A DNA stretch of 64,000 nucleotides from Anaerolinea sp. (lineage in GTDB: Bacteria; Chloroflexota; Anaerolineae; Anaerolineales; Villigracilaceae), in NCBI GenBank assembly GCA_020719725.1, contig DYPU01000003.1:5081-69080 (forward strand), given 5' to 3'. Below the pieces are notes generated by a model, which was given only the letters and a program-made list of their open reading frames with translations, was not told the origin of the DNA and did no database searches. The position numbers were made by a program, and so were the translations under genes. Of this stretch, positions 18,177 through 27,752 are shown piece by piece; the first letter of the stretch is position 1; each line of letters starts with the position of its first letter.

Positions 18177-20756
18177 ATGTTGAAAAATCGTTTAATGTCC
18201 ATCTTGGGCTTGCTTGTTGTAGCCAGTATGATCTTGGCTGCTTGCGCGCCCGCTACCCCCGCTGCGACTGAAGCCCCCGCAGTTGAACCAATCGCAGCCC
18301 CGGCTGAACCGGTTGCGACTGAAGCCCCCACTGCCGAGCCTGAACCGACTGCTGTACCTCGCACCACTCGCACCGGTGGCTGGCTGGATAGCATCACCAT
18401 GATTGGCGTTTCGCCCGACTCGGTTGTGACCCAACTCCAGGCTGGTGAAGTTGACCTGTACGCATCGACCCTGGGTCGTGCCGAAGATTTCAAATCCGCC
18501 CAGGATGCTGGTCTCGATTATTCCCAGAACTACGGTGGAACCTATGAGTTGACCTTCAACCCATACGGTGGTGGCGAAAATGGCGCTTTGTTTGATGCCT
18601 CGACCGGCAAACTCAACCCGTTTGCTGTTTCTGCCATCCGCGAAGCCATGAACATGCTCGTAGATCGCAACTATATCGTTCAGGAAGTCTACGGCGGCCT
18701 GGCTACCCCCAAGTTCTTCCCGATCAATGGCGCTTTCCCCGATTATGCCATGTTGGCCGATGTTGCCCGCGAATTGGAAGCCAAGTACGCTTTTAATGAA
18801 GAAGCTGCTGCTGCTGCCATTGGCGCTGAAATGGAAAAACTCGGCGCTGTCAAAAATGCTGATGGTAAGTGGACCTACAACGACGAGCTTGTTAGCGTCA
18901 TCATCATTGTCCGCAATGATGGAGATGGTACCCGCAAGCCGATTGGCGATTACGTTGGTGCCCAACTCGAAAAAATTGGCTTTACCGCCGATTTGCAGTA
19001 CAAGACTTCTTCCGAAGCATCTCCCATCTGGATTCGTGGCAATCCTGGCGATGGCCTCTGGCACATCTACACAGGCGGTTGGATCACCACCGCTGTTAGC
19101 CGCGACGATGGCTCGAACTTCTTGTTCTACTATACCGCCGATGGTTTAGGCCAGCCTCTGTGGCAGGCTTACAAACCCACCGAAGAGTTCTACGCTGTTT
19201 CCCAAAAACTCAACAACAATGACTTTGCGACCCTCGACGAGCGCCGCGAACTGTTTGCCAATGCCCTGCGCCTTTCCATGCAAGACTCTGTCCGCGTTTG
19301 GCTTGTCGATCAGAAAGCCTTCAGCCCCTATCGCCCTGGCGTTCAGGTAACCTCTGATCTGGCCGGTGGCATCCAGGGCGCTCAGTTGCAGGCTTTCACG
19401 CTGCGCTTTGCAGATCAAGAAGGCGGCGAAATGACCTATGCCATGTCTGACATGCTGGTCGAGCCGTGGAATCCCATTGCTGGTTCCAACTGGGTTTACG
19501 ATACCGCCCCCAAACGCTTCATTAACGATTATGGTGTGATTGCCGATCCTTTCACTGGTTTAGCTCAACCTCAGCGGATCGAATCTGCGGTTGTGACCGT
19601 CAAAGAAGGCCTTCCGGTCGGTAAGACCCTCGATTGGATCACGCTTGAGTTCGCTCCTGAAATTCAGGTTCCTGCCGATGCCTTTGTGGATTGGGACGCT
19701 GAAACCCAAACTTTCATCACTGCTGGCGAAGGCACTACTGCCCTGCGCAAGAGTGTTGTTACCTACCCGGCTGATTTCTTTGAAACCATCAAGTGGCACG
19801 ATGGCAGCAATTTCTCGGTTGCCGACTTCATGATGCTCTGGATTATGACCTTTGATCAAGGCAAGGAAGCCAGCGCCATCTATGATGAAGCTACTGTTTC
19901 CACCCTCGAAACCTTCCTGTCTGCTTTCAAGGGTTTCCGCGTCACATCCACCGATCCATTCGTTGTTGAGTACTACTCCGATGTGTATGCTTTGGATGCT
20001 GAACTGAACGTTTTCACCAACTGGCCCGAATACGGTTATGGCAACGCCCCCTGGCAGATGATTGCCCTGGGCAACCTGGCCGAAGCCAATGCCGAATTAG
20101 CCTACTCTGCGGATAAAGCCGATGCCAATGGTGTCGAGTGGATGAGCTTCATCGACGGCCCCAGCCTCGAAGTGATTGGCAAGTATCTCGATCAGGCCAT
20201 CGCCGAAAACTACATCCCCTACGCTGCCACCCTCGGCCAGTACATCACCGCTGAAGATGCTGCTGCTCGTTACGCCAACTACAAAGCCTGGTACGAAGCC
20301 CATGGTCATTACTGGGTTGGCACCGGGCCTTACATGCTCGACAAGGTCTTCTCGGTTGAAAAGACTTTGACCCTGACCCGCAACGAAGCCTTTCCCGATC
20401 TGGCTGACGAATGGGCTGGTTATGCCGCTCCCAAGATTGCCGAAGCCGAAGTTGATGGCGAAGGCCGCGTAACCATTGGCACCGAAGCTGCTTTCGATGT
20501 TTATGTCAATTACGAAGGCGCTGTCTACCCGGCTAATGAGATCAAAGAAGTCAAGTACTTGCTCTTTGACGCTACCGGCGCGCTGGTAGTCACTGGCATG
20601 GCTGAAGCTGTTGCTGATGGACAGTATGTTGTCAAGCTTAGTGCCGAAGAAACTGCCAAATTAGCTGAAGGCTCAAACAAGCTGGAAGTTGTGGTTGTTT
20701 CCAAGCTCGTTAGCATCCCGACTTTTGCGGCGTTCCAGTTCGTTACCGCCAAGTAA
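18177..20756 (+). CDS. Unusually large ABC transporter substrate-binding lipoprotein, family 5-like (859 aa)
   Basis: Lipobox MLKNRLMSILGLLVVASMILAAC, Pro/Ala/Glu-rich linker, SBP-like core with long insertions. AGGAGG RBS. Confidence 0.8.
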   Translation: MLKNRLMSILGLLVVASMILAACAPATPAATEAPAVEPIAAPAEPVATEAPTAEPEPTAVPRTTRTGGWLDSITMIGVSPDSVVTQLQAGEVDLYASTLGRAEDFKSAQDAGLDYSQNYGGTYELTFNPYGGGENGALFDASTGKLNPFAVSAIREAMNMLVDRNYIVQEVYGGLATPKFFPINGAFPDYAMLADVARELEAKYAFNEEAAAAAIGAEMEKLGAVKNADGKWTYNDELVSVIIIVRNDGDGTRKPIGDYVGAQLEKIGFTADLQYKTSSEASPIWIRGNPGDGLWHIYTGGWITTAVSRDDGSNFLFYYTADGLGQPLWQAYKPTEEFYAVSQKLNNNDFATLDERRELFANALRLSMQDSVRVWLVDQKAFSPYRPGVQVTSDLAGGIQGAQLQAFTLRFADQEGGEMTYAMSDMLVEPWNPIAGSNWVYDTAPKRFINDYGVIADPFTGLAQPQRIESAVVTVKEGLPVGKTLDWITLEFAPEIQVPADAFVDWDAETQTFITAGEGTTALRKSVVTYPADFFETIKWHDGSNFSVADFMMLWIMTFDQGKEASAIYDEATVSTLETFLSAFKGFRVTSTDPFVVEYYSDVYALDAELNVFTNWPEYGYGNAPWQMIALGNLAEANAELAYSADKADANGVEWMSFIDGPSLEVIGKYLDQAIAENYIPYAATLGQYITAEDAAARYANYKAWYEAHGHYWVGTGPYMLDKVFSVEKTLTLTRNEAFPDLADEWAGYAAPKIAEAEVDGEGRVTIGTEAAFDVYVNYEGAVYPANEIKEVKYLLFDATGALVVTGMAEAVADGQYVVKLSAEETAKLAEGSNKLEVVVVSKLVSIPTFAAFQFVTAK

Positions 20757-20780
20757 GTCATTCATCTGTAAATTTGCACG

Positions 20781-20813
20781 GCATCAGGGGCAAGGAAACC
20801 TTGCCCCTGATGC
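20781..20813 (+). promoter_or_regulatory. Perfect 15-bp stem-loop immediately after the binding-protein gene (no T-run)
   Basis: GCATCAGGGGCAAGG-AAA-CCTTGCCCCTGATGC, read directly from the sequence. Confidence 0.55.
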
Positions 20814-20856
20814 ACCCTCTATTTGTAAATCCAATTCTCCATCAAAGAGAAGGCCC

Positions 20857-21984
20857 ATGACCAAAACTACAGATGTTCAGCCCAATGATGTTGCTTCTTA
20901 TGCAAGAAAAGCCGCATCTGGCACGTTGACACGCGTGGCCCGTTACACAGCGATGCGCTTGTTGACATTGTTTGTCACCATTGTAATTGGCGTTTATCTG
21001 ACCATTCTCATTGCCAATATGGGCGGATATGTTGATGAAATCTTAAAAGGCGATATTCGTGAGAGAACAGCCATCAGCATCTCCAATAACCCAACCTATC
21101 GTGATTACACAGTTGAACAACGCAACGTCCTTATTCAGGACAAGATCCGGCTGGAAGAGGAGCGACTTGGGCTGAATCGCCCATTTGCCTTGCGCAGTTT
21201 TAGCTATCTTGGCAATGCGCTTACGCTGAACTTTGGGCGTTCGCTCAACATGGTTAGCGATAGCGGCTCAAAAGAAGTGCGCAACATTATCCTGGAACGC
21301 CTGCCTTCGACTTTAGTTTTGTTTGGGCTTTCAAACCTGGTACTCTTTTTTGTTAGCGTTTTTCTGGCGCTGGCACTTTCCAGGCATTATGGCAGCTTTA
21401 TGGATAAAGCTATTGTGGCGTTATCGCCAACTTCTGCCGCGCCGCCCTGGTTCTATGGCATTTTTCTCATTCTTATTTTTGCTGCAGTACTCCATGTTTT
21501 GCCATTTGGGGGCATGGTAGATGCGCCTCCGCCTGATAACTGGTTTGAATATGCGCTAAGCGTTGCAGAACACATGATCTTGCCCGCTTCAGCCCTGATG
21601 CTGGCCTCCATCTTCTTAAGCATTTATAACTGGCGCACCTTCTTCCTCATCTATTCGAGTGAAGACTACGTTGAAATGGCGAAAGCCAAAGGCCTGACAT
21701 CCCGCGACATCGAGAGCCGCTACATTTTAAGGCCTACCCTACCCACCATTATCACCAGCTTTGCTTTATTGCTGATCAATCTGTGGACAGGCGCAATCAT
21801 CACTGAGACTATTTTCAACTGGCCGGGACTGGGTCGCACCCTGTTTCGCGCAGTGGGTTTATATGACACCCCGGTCATCGTTGCTTCAACCATCATCTTT
21901 GCTTATCTTTTGGCGATTACGGTTTTCCTTCTAGATTTTATTTATGCTCTGGTAGACCCCAGAGTCAAAGTCGGTGGAAACTAA
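20857..21984 (+). CDS. ABC transporter permease (OppB/DppB type)
   Basis: Start at MTKTTD (AGAAGG RBS). EAA-like loop MAKAKGLTSRDIESRYILRPTLP, C-terminal ALVDPRV. Confidence 0.85.
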   Translation: MTKTTDVQPNDVASYARKAASGTLTRVARYTAMRLLTLFVTIVIGVYLTILIANMGGYVDEILKGDIRERTAISISNNPTYRDYTVEQRNVLIQDKIRLEEERLGLNRPFALRSFSYLGNALTLNFGRSLNMVSDSGSKEVRNIILERLPSTLVLFGLSNLVLFFVSVFLALALSRHYGSFMDKAIVALSPTSAAPPWFYGIFLILIFAAVLHVLPFGGMVDAPPPDNWFEYALSVAEHMILPASALMLASIFLSIYNWRTFFLIYSSEDYVEMAKAKGLTSRDIESRYILRPTLPTIITSFALLLINLWTGAIITETIFNWPGLGRTLFRAVGLYDTPVIVASTIIFAYLLAITVFLLDFIYALVDPRVKVGGN

Positions 21985-23348
21985 TGAAAACACTTCAAAG
22001 AACCTTCAACGATCTTGCGCGCTACCCATCTGCCATTGCCGGATTGTTCATTATTTTTCTTCTGGTGGCTGCGGGTGTTTACTCCATGTTTGCCATTCCT
22101 TATAGCGAGGCCATTCGCTTGTGGCGCGGTGGCGAAGATGTTTGGTATCAGAACCCTAAAAACGCCGCCCCAGCTTGGTTTAATTATTTCACCGAGAAAA
22201 AACTACCGCAAACCATCTTGATTAGCAGCGTAGATGAAGAAAATCCCGTCCTCGAAAAAGGACTTGCAGAAAGGGTAGCCACACCCCGCGAATCTGGGGC
22301 AGATGTTACCCTAACCTACACTTTTGAATACCTTTATGATGAATTCCCCAAGGATTTGATCTTCTATCTGGATAGCACCTTTGCAGAAAAATTACCATTT
22401 GTAGCTATTCGCTGGTATACCCCGGATGGACGCGAGATTCGTATTACGGATACCAGTGTTCAGTTAAGCCAGACCTATCGCTTTTTACAGGACGAAAAAC
22501 TCATACGCCGTTTAGGCGGCGTATCTCCAGAAATAGGCCTTTTGGCCGACCCCAACTCTGAAACGCCGATTCCGCTCAAAGGCACATACAAAATTGTATT
22601 AGAAGGCATTACTTTTGAAGATGCCTCCACCCTCGACGCTGAATTTGTCCTACACGGACAACTTCATGGCTGGGCGGGCACCGATCACCTGCGCCGAGAT
22701 TTGACCATTCCGTTACTCTGGGGTATTCCGGTTGCGTTGGCGTTTGGGCTGGCGGCCTCACTGGGGACAGGCGTATTGACCATGATTATTTCTGCGATTG
22801 GTGTTTGGTATGGCGGCTGGTTGGACGAACTCATTCAGCGCATCACAGAAATCAATATCGTCTTGCCTTTCCTGTCTATTCTGATTATGGTAGGGACATT
22901 TTACTCGCGTAGCATTTGGGTGATTTTGGGCGTCACAATTGCCTTGAGCATTTTCACGGGTGGCATCAAAAGCTACCGAGCCATCTTTATGCAAGTCCGA
23001 GAATCGACCTACATTGAAGCAGCCCGCGCTTATGGCGCCAGCGATGCGCGTATCATTTTTGTTTACCTGATCCCACGCATCATCCCTCTGCTCATCCCCG
23101 CTCTTGTGTCAGGCATTCCTTCTTTTGTGTTTTTGGAGGCTTCTCTGGCGGTTTTAGGTTTGGGTGACCCGGTCCTTCCGACCTGGGGCAAGATTATCAA
23201 TGATGCTCAGTTCAATGGCGCGTTATACAATGGCATGTATTATTGGATTTTGCAGCCCGCCGTTTTGTTAATGATCACCGGGCTGGCTTTTGCCATGTTG
23301 GGCTTTTCTCTCGACCGTATTTTTAACCCGCGTTTGCGAGGCGTGTAA
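21984..23348 (+). CDS. ABC transporter permease (OppC/DppC type) with a roughly 200 aa extracytoplasmic insertion
   Basis: 454 aa. First TM, then a long hydrophilic segment, then the typical OppC core (AARAYGASDARIIFVYLIPR). TAATG overlap with the upstream gene. Confidence 0.85.
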   Translation: MKTLQRTFNDLARYPSAIAGLFIIFLLVAAGVYSMFAIPYSEAIRLWRGGEDVWYQNPKNAAPAWFNYFTEKKLPQTILISSVDEENPVLEKGLAERVATPRESGADVTLTYTFEYLYDEFPKDLIFYLDSTFAEKLPFVAIRWYTPDGREIRITDTSVQLSQTYRFLQDEKLIRRLGGVSPEIGLLADPNSETPIPLKGTYKIVLEGITFEDASTLDAEFVLHGQLHGWAGTDHLRRDLTIPLLWGIPVALAFGLAASLGTGVLTMIISAIGVWYGGWLDELIQRITEINIVLPFLSILIMVGTFYSRSIWVILGVTIALSIFTGGIKSYRAIFMQVRESTYIEAARAYGASDARIIFVYLIPRIIPLLIPALVSGIPSFVFLEASLAVLGLGDPVLPTWGKIINDAQFNGALYNGMYYWILQPAVLLMITGLAFAMLGFSLDRIFNPRLRGV

Positions 23349-23353
23349 ATCTC

Positions 23354-24310
23354 ATGGCTGAATCAAAATTACTCACCATTAAAGACTTGGTTTTATATTT
23401 CCGCACAGAAAAAGGCCCCGTAAAAGCCGTTGACAAAGTTTTCTTTGAACTTGGTTTCAAGGAAGCAGTTGTGGTTTTGGGCGAATCTGGTTGTGGAAAA
23501 AGCTCACTAGCCAAAGCTATTTTGCGCCTCTTGCCCCGCAATGTAGACTCTTATAGCGGACAGGTAATTCTGGATGGTCAGGATACCATGAAGCTGAGCG
23601 ACGAAGAATACCGACAGCAAATTCGCTGGGTACGCATGTCGCTTGTGCCACAGGCTGCCATGAATTCACTTAACCCAGTTCTGCGGGTTGGCGATCAGGT
23701 TGCCGAACCGATGATGGTTCACCACGGTGTCAAAAAGGAAGAAGCGCTGGAACAAGCCAAAAAAATGTTCCAACACGTCGGCGTTCCAGTTGACTTTCTG
23801 ACGCGCTATGCCTTCGAGTTGAGCGGCGGAATGCGTCAGCGGGTGGCAATTGCCATGGCTCTCGTGACCGCCCCCAGCTTAATTGTGCTCGATGAACCCA
23901 CTTCGGCCTTAGATGTTCTGACCCAGGCCAATATTTTCAATGTTCTCAAACGCATCAAAAAAGAACTGGAAATCAGTTTTATCTTAATTACACACGATAT
24001 TGCTACATCCAGCGAACTTGCCGACCGAGTAGCGGTTATGTATGCTGGTCAAATTGTTGAAACCGGCGATGCGCAACACTTTTTCAATGAGCCATTGCAT
24101 CCTTATTCTCAAATGTTGATGGCTAGTGTGCCTCGCTTGCGGGGCGATAAAGAGCCTCAGTTTATCACCGGGCAACCGCCCAGCCTGCTCAACCCGCCTA
24201 CGGGCTGCCGTTTTGCCGACCGTTGTCCGCAGCGCTTTGAAAAATGCGATCAGGAACCGCCAGTCTTTGAAAAACAAGACCGTCAGGTCAAATGCTGGCT
24301 GCACGCATAA
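23354..24310 (+). CDS. Oligopeptide-type ABC transporter ATP-binding protein
   Basis: [29 protein letters not shown]. Confidence 0.9.
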   Translation: MAESKLLTIKDLVLYFRTEKGPVKAVDKVFFELGFKEAVVVLGESGCGKSSLAKAILRLLPRNVDSYSGQVILDGQDTMKLSDEEYRQQIRWVRMSLVPQAAMNSLNPVLRVGDQVAEPMMVHHGVKKEEALEQAKKMFQHVGVPVDFLTRYAFELSGGMRQRVAIAMALVTAPSLIVLDEPTSALDVLTQANIFNVLKRIKKELEISFILITHDIATSSELADRVAVMYAGQIVETGDAQHFFNEPLHPYSQMLMASVPRLRGDKEPQFITGQPPSLLNPPTGCRFADRCPQRFEKCDQEPPVFEKQDRQVKCWLHA

Positions 24311-24339
24311 ATTGCACAGATAAGTTGAGGAGTAATTTT

Positions 24340-25368
24340 ATGGCTGTGAATATTAATCCAAAAAATACCACCCCTGAAGCCGTAGCCGGAGATACTCTGC
24401 TTGCAGTGCAAGACCTGCATGTCTGGTTTGAGCTGAAACGCTTTGGCTTTGGTCATGCTGGCTATGTGCGCGCGGTGGATGGCGTCAATTTTGAACTAAA
24501 ATACGGCGAATCAACCGCCGTTGTTGGTGAGAGCGGCTGCGGAAAATCGAGCCTGATGAAGACCATCTTGGGCATCAACATTCCGACCAAAGGCGATATT
24601 GTCTTTCAGGGTCGCCAGATGAGTAAAATGGATCGTAAAGAGCTAACCTGGTATCGTTCTCAGGTTGGGTATGTTCAACAAGACCCCTACGGCGCATTGG
24701 CTCCTTTTATGACCATTGAGCGTATTCTCGAAGAACCACTCATCATCAATGGCGTCAAGAGCAAAGCCGAACGGCGAGATCGCATCCGCAAAGTGATGGA
24801 AGAAGTCAAAATGAGCCCGCCCGATGACTTTTTGGGCAAATACCCGCACATGCTCAGCGGCGGACAACAGCAACGGATCGTCATTGCCCGGGCCATGATT
24901 TTAGAGCCCAAGCTGCTCGTTGCGGATGAGCCAGTTTCCATGCTCGATGCCTCTGTGCGCGTTGAAATTCTTAAGTTGCTGCGCAATCTGCAAGAAAAAC
25001 ACAACCTGGCTGTCATCTACATCACGCATGATCTTTCAACCGTGCGCTATTTTTCGGAGCGCATCTTTGTCATGTATGCTGGAAAACTCGTCGAGCGCAG
25101 TCGGATTGAACCGCTTGTCCAGAATCCGCTGCACCCCTATACCCAGGCCCTGCTTGCGGCGACATCCGACCCAGACGCTCGCAACGCGCTCACTTACCGG
25201 GAGCTACCTCCGGGTGAACCGCCCAGTCTCGTTAACCCGCCAGCCGGATGCCGCTTCCATCCACGCTGTTCTCAGATGATTGCCGGGGTGTGCGATGTGA
25301 ATGTGCCGCCAGAATTTGAGCCTTTCCCTGAGCGCATGGCTGCTTGTTGGCTATATAAAGATTCATGA
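24340..25368 (+). CDS. Oligopeptide-type ABC transporter ATP-binding protein
   Basis: [29 protein letters not shown]. Start at MAVNIN with a GAGGAG RBS. Confidence 0.9.
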   Translation: MAVNINPKNTTPEAVAGDTLLAVQDLHVWFELKRFGFGHAGYVRAVDGVNFELKYGESTAVVGESGCGKSSLMKTILGINIPTKGDIVFQGRQMSKMDRKELTWYRSQVGYVQQDPYGALAPFMTIERILEEPLIINGVKSKAERRDRIRKVMEEVKMSPPDDFLGKYPHMLSGGQQQRIVIARAMILEPKLLVADEPVSMLDASVRVEILKLLRNLQEKHNLAVIYITHDLSTVRYFSERIFVMYAGKLVERSRIEPLVQNPLHPYTQALLAATSDPDARNALTYRELPPGEPPSLVNPPAGCRFHPRCSQMIAGVCDVNVPPEFEPFPERMAACWLYKDS

Positions 25369-25574
25369 GCCGTTTTCGTCCATCCGCTTTTTTGGTTGTT
25401 GGGTTTGCGCTGGTGTTTTCTGGCGTTGCTATTCCATTTCTGACCATCACTAAGGCTATCCCGGCTAATTTTTTTGTGTTATTTGCCTCCTACCTGGCGT
25501 CTTTAATTGGGGTTATTTTAGGTCTGCTTTGGGCGGCGGGATATGTTCGGGAACATCGCAACCGTGAAAAATAA
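25365..25574 (+). CDS. Small two-TM membrane protein, translationally coupled to the ATPase gene
   Basis: 69 aa with two hydrophobic helices. ATGA overlap with the stop of the preceding gene. No family recognised. Confidence 0.45.
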   Translation: MSRFRPSAFLVVGFALVFSGVAIPFLTITKAIPANFFVLFASYLASLIGVILGLLWAAGYVREHRNREK

Positions 25575-25578
25575 ACAG

Positions 25579-25612
25579 AGCGGAACAATGCTTTTTTACG
25601 CATTGTTCCGCT
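25579..25612 (+). terminator. Stem-loop ending the second ABC operon
   Basis: AGCGGAACAATGC-loop-GCATTGTTCCGCT, 13-bp perfect stem. Weak T tail (TTTACCC). Confidence 0.45.
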
Positions 25613-25657
25613 TTACCCATAGATACACTCATACTTACCAAATCATGGAGAACATTC

Positions 25658-26710
25658 ATGGTCAAAAATACGCAGGCCTTACTGGAAGTTCGCAATCTCA
25701 AGACCTATTTTTTTACTGAAGACGGGGTAGTAAAAGCGGTGGATGGGGTCGATTTTTACGTTAACCCTGGCGAGGTGCTTGGATTGGTGGGGGAATCGGG
25801 CTGCGGAAAGAGCGTTACTTCACTTTCAATTATGCGGCTTATCAGCGCTCCCGGAAAAATTGTCGAGGGTGAAATCTTATTTGAAGGCAAAGACTTAGTA
25901 AAAGCATCTGAAGATGATATGATTCAGGTCCGCGGCAATCGTATTTCGATGATTTTTCAACAGCCGCAAACAGCGCTTAACCCGGTTTTTCGAGTTGGCG
26001 ATCAGATTGCTGAAGTGCTTGGCATTCATCAAGGGCTTGGAAAAGAGGCCGGGCTTGCTCGCGCGGTAGAACTTCTCAAAATGGTTGGAATTCCAGAGCC
26101 GGAACGGCGCGCCCAGGCCTTTCCGCATGAGCTTTCGGGTGGAATGGCCCAGCGGGTGATGATTGCCATGGGGTTGGCCTGTGTTCCTAATCTCTTAATT
26201 GCGGACGAACCGACAACCGCCCTCGATGTAACTATCCAGGCCCAAATTTTGGATCTGATGCGTAATTTACGCGAAAACATTGGCTCGGCCATCATTCTCA
26301 TCACGCATGATCTGGGCGTGGTTGCCGAAATGTGTGAACGGGTTGCGGTGATGTACGCCGGGCAAATCGTCGAACAGGCCGATGTTGAGACGATTTTTGC
26401 CCGCCCGCTGCATCCTTACACCCAGGGGCTAATTGGCTCTATTCCAGTTTTGGGAAAACTCAAAGACCGGCTCGCAGTCATCCCTGGCTCGGTTCCGAAC
26501 CTGGTCAACCTGCCACCCGGATGCCGCTTTGCTCCGCGCTGCCTGGCTCGCGAGGAGCATCAACTTTCTATCTGCACAGAACAGGCTCCCGCGCTGGAAC
26601 AGGCCGAAGCGGGTCACAAAGTCCGCTGCTGGCTTTACCAAAATGCCGAAGGCCATCGCGCGCCGCTTTCCTATGCCGTTGCCGACCAGTTGCCGGGAGA
26701 TTTAAGATGA
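25658..26710 (+). CDS. Oligopeptide-type ABC transporter ATP-binding protein (OppD type), no cognate permease adjacent
   Basis: [29 protein letters not shown]. Confidence 0.9.
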   Translation: MVKNTQALLEVRNLKTYFFTEDGVVKAVDGVDFYVNPGEVLGLVGESGCGKSVTSLSIMRLISAPGKIVEGEILFEGKDLVKASEDDMIQVRGNRISMIFQQPQTALNPVFRVGDQIAEVLGIHQGLGKEAGLARAVELLKMVGIPEPERRAQAFPHELSGGMAQRVMIAMGLACVPNLLIADEPTTALDVTIQAQILDLMRNLRENIGSAIILITHDLGVVAEMCERVAVMYAGQIVEQADVETIFARPLHPYTQGLIGSIPVLGKLKDRLAVIPGSVPNLVNLPPGCRFAPRCLAREEHQLSICTEQAPALEQAEAGHKVRCWLYQNAEGHRAPLSYAVADQLPGDLR

Positions 26711-27696
26711 CAGAGCTTGCGCAAACACAACTGAAAGAACTGGTTCAGGTAAAAAATCTGGTTAAATACTTCCCGGTGCGGGCCGGACTGCTACAGCGGG
26801 TTATGGCTTATGTGCAGGCCGTAGACGATGTCTCCTTTACCGTCCGCCAAGGTGAGACGCTGGGCATGGTGGGCGAATCGGGTTGCGGTAAGACAACTAT
26901 TGGGCGCGCTATGTTGCGTTTGATAGAGCCTACTTCCGGTTCTGTCAGTTTTGATGGACAGGATGTGCTTAAGCTGCGTGGCGCATCTTTAAAACATATT
27001 CGGCGCGACATGCAGATCATCTTTCAGGACCCTTATGCCTCGCTCGACCCGCGTATGCCCATTGGCGAATCGGTTATGGAAGGGTTGAACATTCATAATA
27101 TCGGTACGCGCCAGGAGCGTTTCGAGATGATGCTCGATACGCTCAAGAAAGTGGGTTTGGAAGACTACCACGCCCGCCGCTACCCTCACGAATTTTCGGG
27201 TGGACAGCGCCAACGCATTGGCATAGCCCGCGCTCTGGCGCTGCGCCCCAAGTTTATCGTTTGCGATGAACCAGTTTCTGCCCTGGACGTTTCTATTCAA
27301 TCACAAGTGCTGAATATTCTGAAAGATTTACAAGGGGAATTTGGCCTGACTTACCTCTTCATTGCCCACAACCTGAGCGTGGTGGAGCATATCTCAGACC
27401 GGGTGGCGGTAATGTATTTGGGGAAAATGGTCGAGCTAACCCGCCGCGAAGAACTTTTTGCCAACCCACTGCACCCGTATACCCGCGCCTTAATGTCTGC
27501 CATTCCTGTGCCAGACCCAACGCTCAAACGTGACCGAACCATTCTCAAAGGCGATGTTCCCAGCCCCTTAAACCCACCCAAAGGCTGCCGTTTTCACCCG
27601 CGTTGCCCGGTGGCGAAAGATATTTGTTCGCAACAAGAGCCAGTTTTTAAGCAAGCAAATTCAGATCACTGGGTAGCTTGTTGGCTGTATGAATAG
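26707..27696 (+). CDS. Oligopeptide-type ABC transporter ATP-binding protein (OppF type)
   Basis: Start at MTELAQ (ATGA overlap with the upstream stop). [29 protein letters not shown]. Confidence 0.9.
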   Translation: MTELAQTQLKELVQVKNLVKYFPVRAGLLQRVMAYVQAVDDVSFTVRQGETLGMVGESGCGKTTIGRAMLRLIEPTSGSVSFDGQDVLKLRGASLKHIRRDMQIIFQDPYASLDPRMPIGESVMEGLNIHNIGTRQERFEMMLDTLKKVGLEDYHARRYPHEFSGGQRQRIGIARALALRPKFIVCDEPVSALDVSIQSQVLNILKDLQGEFGLTYLFIAHNLSVVEHISDRVAVMYLGKMVELTRREELFANPLHPYTRALMSAIPVPDPTLKRDRTILKGDVPSPLNPPKGCRFHPRCPVAKDICSQQEPVFKQANSDHWVACWLYE

Positions 27697-27752
27697 CAAA
27701 GGCTTGGCCCAATTGAATTTGAGTATTTCATTGATGATTTCAGGTGGTGAGT

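Noticed and set aside
18192-19064. 290-aa minus-strand ORF inside the 859-aa binding-protein gene
   Set aside because: It is a shadow ORF for the same reasons. The sense strand has an RBS, a lipobox and an SBP-like body.
26521-26706. Upstream extension of the third OppF-type ATPase ORF
   Set aside because: The extension overlaps the 3' end of the preceding ATPase gene in another frame and is Arg/Ser/Pro-rich. The ATGA-coupled start at 26707 gives the normal N-terminus.
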